DNA of 37,332 bases, from the NCBI GenBank assembly GCA_009602735.1, contig WELA01002258.1, positions 998,387-1,035,718 on the forward strand, in the 5' to 3' direction. The notes under the pieces were generated by a model, which was given only the letters and a program-made list of their open reading frames with translations, was not told the origin of the DNA and searched no databases. This document shows positions 10,832 to 24,500 of the stretch, in pieces. A program made the position numbers and the translations under genes. Position 1 is the first letter of the stretch, and every line of letters starts with the position of its first letter. The DNA is from Mesotaenium endlicherianum (Eukaryota).

Positions 10832-12583
10832 TTATCGAGGCGTAACTTCAGAAACAAATGGGACACTGATGGCAGAAGTGCCTTCCGAGCCGAGCATTGG
10901 TGCCTCAGGACCCATGCTGCCGCTGGAGGGGTGGGAAGCAAGCTCTGACGAGGGCAGCCCCGTGGAGCTGCCTGCTCTTTGTATGAGCGGCTCCGAAGAA
11001 ACCATATATTGCAAGTGGGCCTCACCGCTCGCTATCTCTTCCAGGCGGGTGGCCACCTGTGCCATGGATGGCCGATCAGCAGCGCCCAACTTGACGCAGT
11101 CGAATGCCAGCTCTATGACGTGTGCAAGCGCCTGCTCCGAGAACTCCCCCATCGTGGGATCGATCACAGAATTCCAGCCCAAAGTGGAGAGGTTCCAATT
11201 GACCTGCACCCACATCATTAGATTACGGGGCGCCGTTACAGCCTCCGGCCAGTGCTTCACGGACCAAAATATCTGGCAGGAAGCAACCCAGGCGGGCGTA
11301 TACACAAGAAGGTCAGACGCTTACCCAAGCTATCAACGATTTGGTCTCCTCTGGGTTTTCCAGGTCCTTCCAAGTGGGGCGCTTCCCGGTGCACAGTTCC
11401 AACAGCACCACTCCAAAGCTGCGGTGAGCATGGCACACAGGCAGCTAGTCAATGCAATCGATTTCATGTGATGGCTTTGTAGTGTTCACAGGCCAAGCGC
11501 AATCATGCAGATGCTAAAATAATCCACATTCTTAATGGCTCCCCTCTACTTCCCTGCTTACTGCAGCTCATGTACTTGGTAAAAAGGACCCGTATGAGCG
11601 AAAAAGGCCAGTAGGGACACACCTATAAACATCGCTCTTGGGCGTGAGTTGGAAGGTGGAAAAATATTCGGGGTCCATGTAGCCGCGCGTGCCCGCCAGC
11701 TGTGCCGTGCTCAGTTTGTCCACTCCATTGCCCACCCGCTTCAGCAGCCCAAAGTCTGCCACCTTGGCCTGCACCGTGCACGCACAACAGCAGCGCCGCA
11801 AGGGCCACGACTGAGTACGTTGGCTACCACAAGGTCGTGCACAAGCAAGGGGTGCGGCAGTCAACAGCAGCTAGGTGGTGGGGGTGGGCATGGGCACTTG
11901 GAGCTTGGCATCCAGCAGGATGTTCTCGGCCTTGACGTCGCGGTGGATGATGGCTTCCTTGGCATTGTTGGCAAACGAGTGCAGGTAGCTCAGCCCGCGC
12001 GCCGCCCCCACAGCAATTATTAGCCTCTGCTCAAACGTCAGCGGCTGCCTCCCGCTACCTGGCAGCACACAGATGCACGTGCAACTCGCTTGCTCAGATC
12101 AGCCAGCCAGTCAGTCAGTCAGTCCGCCGGCCAGAGTGCCGGCCCCTCGACTAAGTCCCTTGCTTCCCCCCCTCCAAGAGGACAAAAGTGGGAGAAAGAG
12201 GGGCGGCACCTTGCTTGGGGTGCAGCCAGTCATCCACGGTGGCGTTGGGCATGAACTCGTACACAAAGATCTGCTCGCCCTTGTCGGTGCAGAAGCCCAG
12301 CAGCACCACCACGTTCACGTGGTTNTATTTGCGACACTCGGCGTATGCATTGCCGCGTCACGCACCTCCTCGGCAAAGTCCTTGAAGCCCTGCTGGGTGG
12401 CCTTGTTGGCGCGCTTCACGGCCCACAACTTGTCATTGGGGCCCTGCCCCTTGTACACCGTGGCAAACCCCCCCGCGCCCATGCTGTTGGCGTCACTGAA
12501 ATTGTCTGTTGCCCTCTCCAGCTCCGTCAGTGGGATGTACTGCACCGCCACCGCCTTGAGCTTGCTCAGCAGCTCCTGCCCCT
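10832..12583 (-). CDS. RLK/Pelle kinase domain and C-terminal tail
   Basis: Exons 12583-12366, (N gap)12324-12210, 12058-11898, 11768-11623, 11418-11325, 11203-10832: [70 protein letters not shown]; ends VTPR*. Confidence 0.93.
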
Positions 12584-15500
12584 CTGCACACCACCCGCAT
12601 CCCACACAATTCCCTCTCGCCTCAGATACGCCCCTCCTTGCCCCTTCTCACTACCTCGGAGGCCAGGTGGCGGAAGGAGGCCCAGGGTTTGCAGACGCAA
12701 GATAGCACGTGTGCACACCCACCTAGGTCCAGAGGGTCCTGCTGATTGTAGCGCCGGCGGCCCCACACAATGGCCGCCAGCAGCAGCACAGCCGCCAGCA
12801 CACACGCTCCCACAGCTGTGCCGGCAATCGCTCCGGTCGAGAACCCCTCGGACGCCGCTGCAGCACGGCAACAGACAGGGACAGGGCAGTCGCAGTCAGC
12901 CCTCAGTTCTTGCCACACATATACTAAAGGAGAGACGCACTAAACAAGGGCCAATGCACTCCCTGTATGTGAGTGTGTGCGTGCAATTCGGTGAGAAAGG
13001 ACAAACCTGGGGGCGCTTCGGGGCCGGGCAGCACATCTTGCAGCTCCAGGGCGTTGAGCTTGGGCTCCTGCAGGCGGCTGCCCTGGCTGGGCATGATGCG
13101 CACGCGGATGGTGGAGCTGGACGCGCCCAGGCTCACGCGGAAGTCGCGGAACAGCGCCGTCCGCGGCCCCACCTCCTTGACCACGTCCAGTCCGCTCAGC
13201 ACCAGCTGCACCCCACCCCCCCCGCTCCTGCTCTGTAAGTGGCATGTGGACAGACACACACAGGGGAGAAACTGTGCTGCACGCACGCACACTCACTCAT
13301 GCAGATATGACCCCCTCCTCCCAGGTGATAGTAGATACACTGTCTCCCTCCAGAGAAATAATTTGCCCCACAGACACTCACATACACGGTCATTTAACGT
13401 GGCAATCCTGTCCCACTCTCTTCCCCCTTCTCACGCAGACCAACAAACACAGAAAGAGAGAGTGAAGAAGAGAGGCAACTTCTACTCCCGTCACGGCAGC
13501 ACCCTCTGCCATGCTGTGCTGTGCTCGGGTGGTTGAAGGCAGACAACAGCAACCAGCACACACTCACCTGCTCGTTGATGTAGATGTCGAGCACGCGCCC
13601 GCCCACATCTTCCACTGTCAGCTCCGCAAAGTGCAGGCGGACGACATAGTTGTCAGAAGAAATGACAGCGATGGAGGTGCTGAGGCCGTCGGGCCCCAGG
13701 TGCTCCTCCCGCACCAGCCGCTCGCTCTGGTATGCGGCCAGCGGCAGAAACTGCGGCGCTTCCTCCGTGCCGCGGATGGGCACCAGGACGGTGTTGGTGG
13801 TGGTGTTGGGGTTGGTGTACTGTGTGGGGTCGTCTGAACGCCACTTGCGCCCGCCTGCCAGCAGCCCACTCTCGCCCGCACAGGCTCCCCTTGTCAGCTG
13901 CATGCACCTTCTCCCAGCTTTGCAAAGAGGCATGAGTTCAGCGTGTCCCGCACCACATTTTTTGTGTCTGTCTGCATGTGCATGCGAGTGAGACAGGGAT
14001 AGAAGAGACACAAGCCTCACTTGGATCCACATACGGCATGCCCCCAATGTTCTTCCTGTTGGGGCCAAAGAGCTGGAGGATGTCTTTGGTGGTGGTGGTT
14101 TGGTTGAACAGCCCCTCTGGCTGCGCCACGATCTGCAGCATGCGCACACAAACACAGACACTCGCCCACCAACATGTATTCTGGTTAAAGAAGAAGCATA
14201 GAGCAGGGGGAAAAAAAGGCCGCCCCCCTGCCCGGCGCCCATTGCCCGTCAACATTCCGAGTATCAAGTGACAGAGTGCAAGCCATGAGCTCCTCCGCAT
14301 CCTTTTCCTCCTCCTCCTGCTCTTGCACATTTCTGGCAGGGAAGGTGAGGTGCCTACCTCAATGGCAGAGACCATGGGGTCCCCGATGGAGCGAGAGAAG
14401 GTGATGGTGAGGTTGGGGCCGGGGACGGCAAGCGAGAACTCGTAATAGTACATCTTCCCAGCCTCGGGCGGCCTCAGCTGGCTCACCACCTGCATCCGCA
14501 CGCGCTCTCAGTCTCCCAGGAGATGTGTGCATTCATGACAGCGGGATAACAGCCACCTCAGGGTCCTACCCCCCTCCGACACCCCTAGGGATGGAGAGGA
14601 GGAAGGGAGCGGCTGCTTACGAGGAAGCCGTTGAGCAGGATGCTGTAGGAGCGCAGCAGAGGGGACAAGAACTCAAACTCGCCAATGTACACCCGCACCT
14701 GCAGCCTCCCGTAGCCAAACCAGTGAGGGCGGGATTCCGCATGCTCTTTCCTGCTCCCTGACAGCCACAAATTCCCTAGCTAAGTGTGAGAGAGCATACC
14801 AGGTACAGCCCGGGAGCAGACTCGATGGGAATGCTGTAGCTGTTGTTGGCCCCCCCTGGCCAGTATCTGTAGGATGCGTACAGCTCGGCGTCGTTCTCCA
14901 TCTGCGACAGCTGTCTCTGGATGTTCTTCTGCGACGCACTCACGGCAACACCGCTGCTGAAGAAGTCATCGGCAGCCCAGAGATTGCCGACGAGGTCCGT
15001 GTACTCCTGGCCCCCACAGTTGATCCGGATGGCGCCTGCCCCCCCCACAGTCCCACCCCAGTGCATATACGCATTATGTCAAGGTGGGCCTGCTGCAGCC
15101 GCTTGGCACCCAGACACGATCAATGATCACCAGCAGCAGCAGCAGCAGCAGCACGTCTTGCGGTGCTGGGGAGGAGGGGGCGTGGCACCTTCGGTGCGGA
15201 GCGGGGGAGCCATGAAGATAGAGTAGAGCAGCTCCACGCCGCAGAGCAGCGCCTCCTGCACGCGGCTGCCATTGCTGGGGCGCACCTCATACGCCACCGT
15301 GTTGTTGGTGCCCTCCGCCTGCACCTGAAAGTCCAGATACATGGCGCTCATGGGCCCCACCTCCTTCACCAGGTCCAGGCCGCTGCGCACCACCTGCCAG
15401 AGAGAGGGACGCAGAGAAAGAGCACACAATACCACAGAGAGCCGGCAAGTCAGCTCCCATGAGGCTGTGAGTGCTCCCACAGCTCTGCGGGTGTAAATTT

Positions 15501-18500
15501 CCAGGGAGACACACATGCGCGGGCATGCACAGCACACATTAAAAGCTCTGTACGTGGTTGCGAGGGCGCGCGCTGGCCCTCTCTCACAGCCATATTTTTA
15601 TCCAAAGCACCAGACAGGCTGCCTCTGCCAGCGGCCCCACCCACCTGGCCGTTGAGGAGGATGTCCACAACGCGGTCGCCCGCGCGCGAGTACTGTAGCT
15701 CCGCAAAGTGCAGCCGCACCAGGAAGAAGCTGCTGCCGCCCGGAAGCCTCTGCGTCAGCACCTTGCTCAGGCTGGTGGGCACCACTATCCCGCCCTTGCT
15801 AGCGCCCTTGCTGATGCGCGCGCTCTGGTACACGCTCTGCTCGTAGTTGCCAGCCTCCGCACGCACCGCCACAGGCCTGGTGGCCCACAGCGTGGTGGTG
15901 TGCTCGTTGAGGTCCGTCATGGGGTTGTCCAGGAGCCAGGTGCGGCCCTGCAAGTCCATTAATCTGTTGCCGCCAATGTTGTAGCGCTTCACCACCACGC
16001 TTGTGATGGGTGCGCTGTACGTCTCACGGTACATGCCCGCCGGTGCCGCCGCCACCTGACGCACATGCACAGTGGGCATGCCAGATAGTGGGCAACGTCC
16101 TAGTGGTGGCAGACAATGCTCTGCACCTGGATATGATAGGTCCCATCTTCCACCCTTTGAGGGCGGGGGGAGGGGGCGGGAGGAAACAGGCAACACACCT
16201 CGATGGCATTGATGACAGGCTGCCCGTTGAGAGGCACCAGCGTGATGCTCAGATTGGTGCCGCTCACTGGAGCACAGAACTCGTACAAGTACGTGCTGAA
16301 GGGCGTGGGGATGCTGAAGTTGCCCAGCACCTGCCACCCGCCGAGCACCCCTGTGAGGTCACTTCCATGCTCCAAGTGATTGCAAGTTTGCACGCTGCCC
16401 CCACCCACTTGGCAATTGAAATAACGGAAAAAATCACATGTTACGCCGTTTGCAAGCACACTTAGTTTTGAAGTTTGCTTCTTTGCAAATGTTCGTGCTG
16501 CTTTTCGTGCTTTGTTTGCTTAGTTTGTCCTAATTTTTCTTTTTAATATTATTATCAATTGCTGAACAGCCTACACTTTGTGAAAGAAAACAATTTGTGT
16601 TAATTTGACAAATACGCGCAAAGTGACAAAGTTCGCTTAGTTTGGTGCACTCAACACCGAAAAAACGCGAACGGCGTAACCTTGAAAAATCATGTGCAAA
16701 AGAACAGCAGCAAATACTTTACTTCCATATACGTGGCAATTGTAGTGAATAGTGCGGGGGCAGGGGGGGCGGGGAGCGGGGCGCGGGGGGGGGGCAAGCA
16801 GCTCTGACAATGCGGCCATCCAGGGCAACAGAGAAGGCGCGTGTGGTGGAGCCCAGGCTGAGCGGATCCACCTCCGCAAAGTACAGGCGCACCTGCGCAG
16901 GGACGCACCCACAGCGCCCAGGGAAGACCATGAGCGGATGCACATTACCCTCCGCACGGCACACGCCCAGCACAAGTAGAGAGGAGGCTATTGCACCGCA
17001 CTTGCATGCGCCTCCGCCTCTGCCCCTGTCTGAGCAGCACGCAGCAGAAGCAGCAGCAGCGGCAGCAGCAGGAGGAGGAGGAGATATGTGAGAGAGAGTG
17101 TCAAACCCAATAGAGGCCAGGCTGGCTGAGGGGGATGACGTAAGACCCGCCCAGAACGTCCTGGGGCCACGTGCGCTGCGATGCCAGCAGGTGCGCGTTC
17201 AGCGACACGGTGCTGTACGTGGCCGCGATCACCGACGACTTGGCCGGCACGGCCTGGCCCCCCGTGTAAAAGCGGTCGGACAGCCACTGGCGACCGTAGG
17301 AGTCAGTAGCGGCGCCGCCTCCGCAGTTGATGCGCACCACCGCGGCCTCATCTGCGCAGCCGCCGGCCGTTCATTCACTTCGGTGGCCTGTCTAGCACAC
17401 ACCGGGAGGGCAGGGCAGGGGGGGAGAAGGAAAGAGGGAGGGAGGTGGGAAGGAAAGGAGGGAGGGGGTGCAGATGATAATAGTGAGCTCACCTGAGCGT
17501 GGCGGCGGCGGCTGCGAGAGTTCGTCGTGGCGCAGCAGTTCCACGGCGCTGACCATGGGCTGCTGCACCTTGGAGGCGGCGCTGGCGCGGATCTGCACCA
17601 GCAGCAGGCCCGTGCGGTCCGCCTGCACGTTGAAGTCCTTGTACAGCGACACGTTGGCACCCGCTTCTTTCACCACGTCCAGCTTCTCGTACATTACCTG
17701 TCCATGCCCTTGGCATAACTCACACACGTGAGCATGGACGGCGCAGGCACCAGCTCTATGCTGTGAATGTTGAGCTGGCCGCAACCCATCTTGGATAGAG
17801 GAGGCCGGCAGCCACAAAACTTTGAGACTATGGCCGTTGGGTCACTACTGATTGTCCAGACGCAAGGGGAGGAGAGGAGTGAAGAGGAGAGGAGAGAAGA
17901 GGAGAGGAGAGGGACGCGTACAAAACCGTTGATGAGGATGTCCATGACGCGGAAGCCGGCAGCCGCGTACTCCACCTCGCAGAAGTGCAGCCGCAGCAGA
18001 TAGAAGTTCAGGTTGGCAGGCGGCCGCAGCGGCATCGCGATCGTGGGTGTGCCACTGCTGCTGCTGCTCTGGTTGAGCGCCAAGGGCAGGGCCCTCCGCC
18101 CGGAGCGCAGCAGTGCCGCAGGCACGTAGCTCGGGCCGACGTCCGTGCCTCCAATCACAAAATCGTTGCTGACGCTGTAGGGGGCTGTGGAGGCGGGGAC
18201 GGCGTACAAGGTGGGGTTGTCGCCGTAGAAGCGGCGGCCCAGGGAGTCCACCACGTCCTTGCCGCCCACATTCCAGCGCCCATATGCGAACAGCTCGGCG
18301 GGCGGCGCCACGATGGTGGAGAAGTAGCTTGCAGCCGGCACTGGCACCACCTGCCCCAGCAGCACCCGTACCCCAACCAGCCAGCAGGCAGAGTTAGGCA
18401 GAGTCAGCAGCAGCAGCAGCAGCAGTCACAGACGCAGCTCAGTCGCACCCATCATTGGTCAGCATGCAATCATTCCTGGCGCCTGGGAGATGAGGAACTC

Positions 18501-21500
18501 AATGCTCCGGGCAGGCAGGCTCCCGGGAAGGCAGGGAGGGAGCCACTGACCTCGATGGCGTTGACGTAGGGGGTGGAGTCAACGGAGGCGAAGCTGAGGG
18601 TCAGATTGGGGCCTGGCACGGTCGCTACAAACTCAAACTGCTCGTGGCTTGCGAACGAGGATGGGGTGTATGACACCCCCATCTGGCACACAGTCAAGCC
18701 AAACCCTGCCCGCACCAGCAAGTCACACTCTGTACTTGCATGCACCTACGCGACAGCTAGGTGTGTTGCCCATGAGCTACTAGCGCTGATAGTACTTGTG
18801 GTGCAAGGCTGCCTCTTGGGGATGCTGGTGTGTAGAGTCGAGTACCTGAGAAAGAGAGAGAGAGGGATGGGTGAGGAGGAGGAGGGGACGGAGGAGCTTA
18901 CCGGATTGTCGTTGATGACAAAGGCAAGGTGGCGCAAGGACGTGTTTGCATACTTGAGCTCCGCAAAGTGCACGCGTATCTGCCCAAATGACACGCACTC
19001 ATCCCTGTCGTGGTCAGAGTGTGCTGCAGACGGCCAAATATGGGCGCAGGACAGTGGTCACGCAGACAGACCGAGACAGGCAGACAGACTGCATGGCCCA
19101 AAACAGCCAAACCTGCACAAGTGTGCAGGCACGTGGGCTGAGCGGCCAGCACGCACAGGGGAAGGGGAAGTGGGGAGAGCAATCCTGCTGCCAAGCCCAC
19201 TTGCAGCAGCAGCAGTCGCGTGCAATCTCCTACCCTTCCCTACCAAGTACGTGCCCTTGACGGCGGGGATGACGTAGTTGCCGATGCCGCCGCCACGTGG
19301 CCACTCGCGATAGGATGCCACCACTGGGGCGTCCTGGCTGGTAGAAACCAGGTGGGCGGTGGCATTGTCTGTAGCAGCGACCGCCGTGCCCCCCTCAAAA
19401 TAGGCATCCTCTGACCACTGCACGTTTCTGGCGTTCTTGTACGCCCCACCGCCGCAGTTTATGTGCAGAGCACCTGCTGCAGCACCACATTATCACCATC
19501 CAGAGGATTCAGCACATGCTCCTAAGCCTGAAATAAGCACTCGCTCGGAGCCCTGCAGTGAGCCATCCCATCCCTCCTCAAATCGCTGGCAAGATCTTCA
19601 CGCCCCCTGGCAATGTCTTCCTCCTCCTCTCATTCTGTCCCTTCTCAGTTGCTAAGTGGCCAGCGTGAGCCTCAGCCAAAGAGCGAAGGACACAGGGCAC
19701 AGGGCACAAGGTACGAACCTGGGGGAGAGGGCAGGGCGAGCAGCATCTCAAAGATGCCGAGAATTTCAAAGGCGCTGAGGATTGGCTCGACCACGCGGCC
19801 ACGCGTGTTGGCTACCACCTCCACCACCAGGTAGCCCAGCGGGTCCTCAATCTGCACCACAAAGTCGCGGTGCATGCCTGCATTGGGCCCCACCTGGCGC
19901 ACAATGTCCAACCCCTCCAGCACCAGCTGCACGCCCCCCCCCCAGAGCCCTCCCTTCCCCCTCATCCCTTTGAGGATGCGCTCACTCACTCACTCACTCA
20001 CTCACTTGGTCACTCGGTCAACAGCAGCAGGTGCACGCGGAGGGGGGGAACATCTCCTCCTGCCGCTCACCTGGTTGTTGATGCGGATATCCAGCAGGCG
20101 ATCACCAGGCAAGCTCAACTCTATCTCCGCAAAGTGCAGCCGCACGAGCACCCAAGCCGTTGAAGCCAGGGATATGTTGTACGTCAGTCTTGCCGGCGGG
20201 TCTGTTGGCTGGCCGCCTGGCGCCTTGCGGAAGCTTTGGTAGATGCCAGTTGGCAGCCTGTCGAGGGTGGCGTTGAGGTTGCTGATGTTGGCCTGCGTGG
20301 TGAACACCACGGAGCGCTGCTGCGAGTACCAGAGGTCGTAGTCGTCGCGGTACCACACGCGCCCCTGGGAATCTCTAATGCCGGCGCCGCCCACGTTGAC
20401 GCGGTGGAACGAGAAGAGCACCGAGGGAGTCGTCACTGCCTCCCTGTACTGCCCATCTGGCGCCGGGTACACCTGCAGGCTCCCTCCCCTCCCGTCACCT
20501 TCTTGTGAGCTGTCGCGCGCACTGCTGCTGCTGACGGAGTGATCGGTGAGAGTTGCTCCTGGTGTGAATGGACAGCCCTGATTGATTTCATTTGCTGGAG
20601 AGGTCGCACGCGAAAGAAGGAGGTCTCCAAGGATATGCATCACTAAGGAAGGGAGAGGGAGTGGAAGCGCCTGCGGACCTCTATGGCGTTGACGTAGGGC
20701 GCGCCAGAGGGGCCGCGGTCAAAGGCGATGGTGAGGTTGGGCGTGGTGACGGGCACATGCACCTCGTTGGAGATTGCAAGTACCGGGTACGCGTTGTTGT
20801 AATCTATCAGCACCTGCCTCGTCATCGCCATCAGCGTTTATCAGAGAGCCGGCTGACCTTGGGAGAGGAGCAGCAACAGCAGCAGCATCAGAACTTGGGG
20901 ACTTCAAAATAGGGAGCGAGGGAGAGCGGGGAGGGATTACCAGGCAGGCTGAGCTTGGGAGAGGAGCAGCAGCAGAACTTGGGGACTTCAGAAAAGGGAG
21001 TGAGAGATAACGGAAATAAATCTCCAGGCAGGCAAGTAGGAAGGCAGGCAGGCAGGCAGGCAAACAGGAAAAAAATCAACAGTGGTGGAGAAGAGTGGAC
21101 TAGCAGCAGTTGGGAGGTTGGCCAGGGGAAGGGGAGGAGCTTACAGCGGTGTCCTGGAACTGGACCGTGAAGGCGCGGTCGGAGGTATTGCTGTACTCCA
21201 GTTCCGCAAACAGCAGCTGTACCTGCAAGCCGGCAGCCAGGGTCTCATGTCCTGCCACTTTCTTGCTCTCGCTCTCGCTCTTTCTAGTAACAACAGATGA
21301 CGTCGGGGAACATGTCTGGGTGGACCCGCACGCGATTAGTGGCGAGATGCAGCACCAGCACCATCAACAGGAGCACAAGAGCACGCACCAGGTACAGGCC
21401 GGGCCTGGGCACGGGGATCCGGTAGTAGTTGAGTGTCTCCCCGGAGAACTCGCGATACGACGCCGCCACCTGCAGCGCCTGGTCATTGTCCTGCTCTCCT

Positions 21501-24500
21501 GCCAACAAGGCAAACTTGGCCAGGCTGGGGGGCACAGCCACACCCCCCGAGAAGTATTGATCCGCCACGTACGGGAACCCCGCGGCCGAGACCATGGCCT
21601 CTCCACCGCAGTTGATGCGCAGAGTGCCTGCAGGGGTAGACAGGCAATGCAACGCGGGGGTTGGCACTCGGAAAGAACGCTTTCCCTCGACTTACATACA
21701 GGAGAGAAAGCAAGTTCCTCGCGGAAAGATCAGGCGCTTCGAAGACCACCGTGCAGCACGGGGACAGCACCACCACCTCCTCACTGACTCCTGAAGCATG
21801 GCCCATGCCCTTGCCTACGTATGACTGACGTGAGGACAGGACTAAGCATCTCCTCCCTCACATGCAAAGGGCTAATTAGGATCGCTACTCCCCAGGCTAG
21901 CACGGGTGGGGGGCAGCTCTGAGGCTCAACCTCCTTGGTCTGCATGCAAGTCACTTCTCTCGATCTTACCGTCGGGAAAGGGATCAAAGACTTGGAACAT
22001 CGAGATGTGGCGGAACACTTCCAGCGCGCTCAGCAGGGGCTCCTGCACAGGGCTGGCGGGAGCATTGATGACGGCGATGGTGATAATGCTGCTGCCGATC
22101 GCGGCAGGCACGGCTTCCATGTTGAAGTCCAAGAACATGGCCTTGTTGGGGCCCGCCAGCCGCACCACGTCCAGGCCCGCGTACACCAGCTGCACGCCCA
22201 GCCCAGAAGGAGCATGAACGCTCGCACGCACTCACACCCACACACACACGGGGGCCCCCTCCCTGTCCTCTGACAGACAGCAGAGTAGCAGCAGAGGGGG
22301 CTCCTGATGCCAAGCTGCATACGAGTATATACCTCCCCCTCAGCCCGGAAGCAGAGACGCAACAGGCGGCCTGTTCCATAAAGCAGCAACCGGCCCCCCC
22401 GGCTACGAGAACAATGGGCATGATGGGCGCCGGCGCCGGTTCAGTACACACACACACGCAGACGCACATATACACACGCGAAATTGTGTGCAGAGAGGGC
22501 CAGTGAATGAGTGACAGGCGGACTGACCTCGTCGTTGACGTAGACGTTCATGACGCGCTGGCCGGCGGTGAGGCCCTGGACCTCCGCGAAGTGCAGGCGC
22601 GCCGTGTGGTAGGAGGCGCCTAGCACGGGCACCACCATATAAAGCCCCACACCCGTCAGGTTCTGCGTCGCGATGGTGGTGGCCGTCTGGAGCACGCGCA
22701 GCGGCAGGAAGTCGGGCGAGCTGCCCGTGCCCGCCACCTGGACGGCGGGGCCCACGCGCGTGCTGCTGGTGCGGTTGTTGACGTACATGAGCGGCACGTC
22801 GGGCTCCCACGTGCGCCCCTCCGTGTCCAGAAAGGGCGCGGGGTCACCGCCCATGTCCAGGCGCGTGACGGTGCGCATCATCATGGGCGTGTTCACGTTG
22901 TTGCGGTACAGCCCCGGGTAGTGGCGCGCCACCTGTCCAGTCGGCGGCACAGCAGAGGCGCAGATGGTGACTAGCGTGACGCGAAGGATAATGTAGAGGT
23001 CAGAGCAGAGCAGAGCAAATGACCCGGCAGAGGTTGGGGTCTGGCTGCGCTGCTCCCATGCCTGCCTGCGTGGCAGCGTGGATTTAATCGCCGCATCATC
23101 GTCATCATCATCATCATCATCATCTTGACCTTCGTCCGCAGCTGCAGCAGCAACGCTCAAAGTGCATGCATACAGGTGTCGGCCCACGCTATGCAGAGAG
23201 CAGAGCACACGCCAACGGAATAATGGAGCGTGTAAACAAGCGCACTCACCTCAATGGCGGAAATGTGCATGGCTGCTGTGATGGCGGTGAGGGACACCAC
23301 GACCGCGCTGCCGTACACGGGCACCGAGAACTCCAGAAAATATGGCACCGCCGGGTTTGCCACAGTGTACGCCCTGTACGCCTGCAGCAGCAGCCTCAGG
23401 AGCAGTGGCCACTGCTTCAGCACTCGGCCGCAGGAGGTGGAGGAGCAGGAGTCGCTGCACCCGACTAGATGCAACACAGCGCGCCCGGCGGCTACATTTT
23501 CACTTTTATTCTAACAATTGCAGCTTGCTCTCCTGCTTCCTGCTGCCCTCACCACTTCTTTTTTTGGGGGAGGGGGGGGGGAAGAGGGGAAGGGGGGCAC
23601 AGCTACCGTGAGTCCGTTGATCATGATAGTGAATGCGCGGTCAAAGGTGTTGGCATACGTCAGCTCCATGAAGTGCAAGCGCACCTGCTNCTCAAGTGCC
23701 ACCGTGACCCCCATGCCACTCTCCCAACGATGACACCTGGCTCCGAGGACCTCCAGCTTCTCCTTTCTGCAGTCTAGGTGTGGCTGGACCGCGCTGGACT
23801 GCACCTGAGCAGATTTCATCAGCGGCAGAAACTTTGACTGGCACGCTACGCTGCCCGAGTTGGTGAAAGGGATGACACAGCTGGCAGCAGCAAGCCCCCA
23901 TCCTTTCATTTTCCTACGCCCTGCTGCCCTGGAAGCATGCCCTTCCATCGCCGGCAACTCCTGGCCGTCATGCGATGCCTCCACGGCCATCGCAACGCAA
24001 AGAGTGAGGGGTGCATGCAGCCCCACCCACTCACAGCAGCTGGCGCCCTCCGGGGCTAACTCCCTCTCAGAGCAGGCTCCACGCGTCGCAGCTGGTCCGG
24101 CAATTCAACCCTCACAGGGTACCATCCCACGGTCAGGGGGAGATGGGCGTACCCAGAAGTAGCCAGGGGCAGCCACAGAGATGTTGTAGGAGCCCACGTA
24201 GTCCGTGGGGGCCCACTCGCGGGTGGTGGCATACAACAGGTTGTCCTGCAACAGCAGCTGGGCTTCCAACGCCGTGCTGTTGGCTGGCAGGCCGCCGACG
24301 TAGCTGCTGTCGGCCGCCCACGTGCGGTTGAAGTGGTCAACAAAGGCGGGACCGCCGCAGTTGATGCGGATGACTTCGCCATCTGGACGTCACTCCGAAT
24401 GCAAAACGTACAAACTGAGTGAAATGAGCGAACAGAGTGCTCGGCAGCAGAACATCTTTCTGGCAGCTGCTTTCAACCCCTCCACAGTCAACGCTGCTCA

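Noticed and set aside
11204..11272. Longer last kinase exon using the upstream in-frame acceptor (IFWSVKHW...)
   Set aside because: It would insert about 23 aa at a position where RLK kinases run directly from the LxxW motif to the DP motif; the 11203 acceptor fits better.
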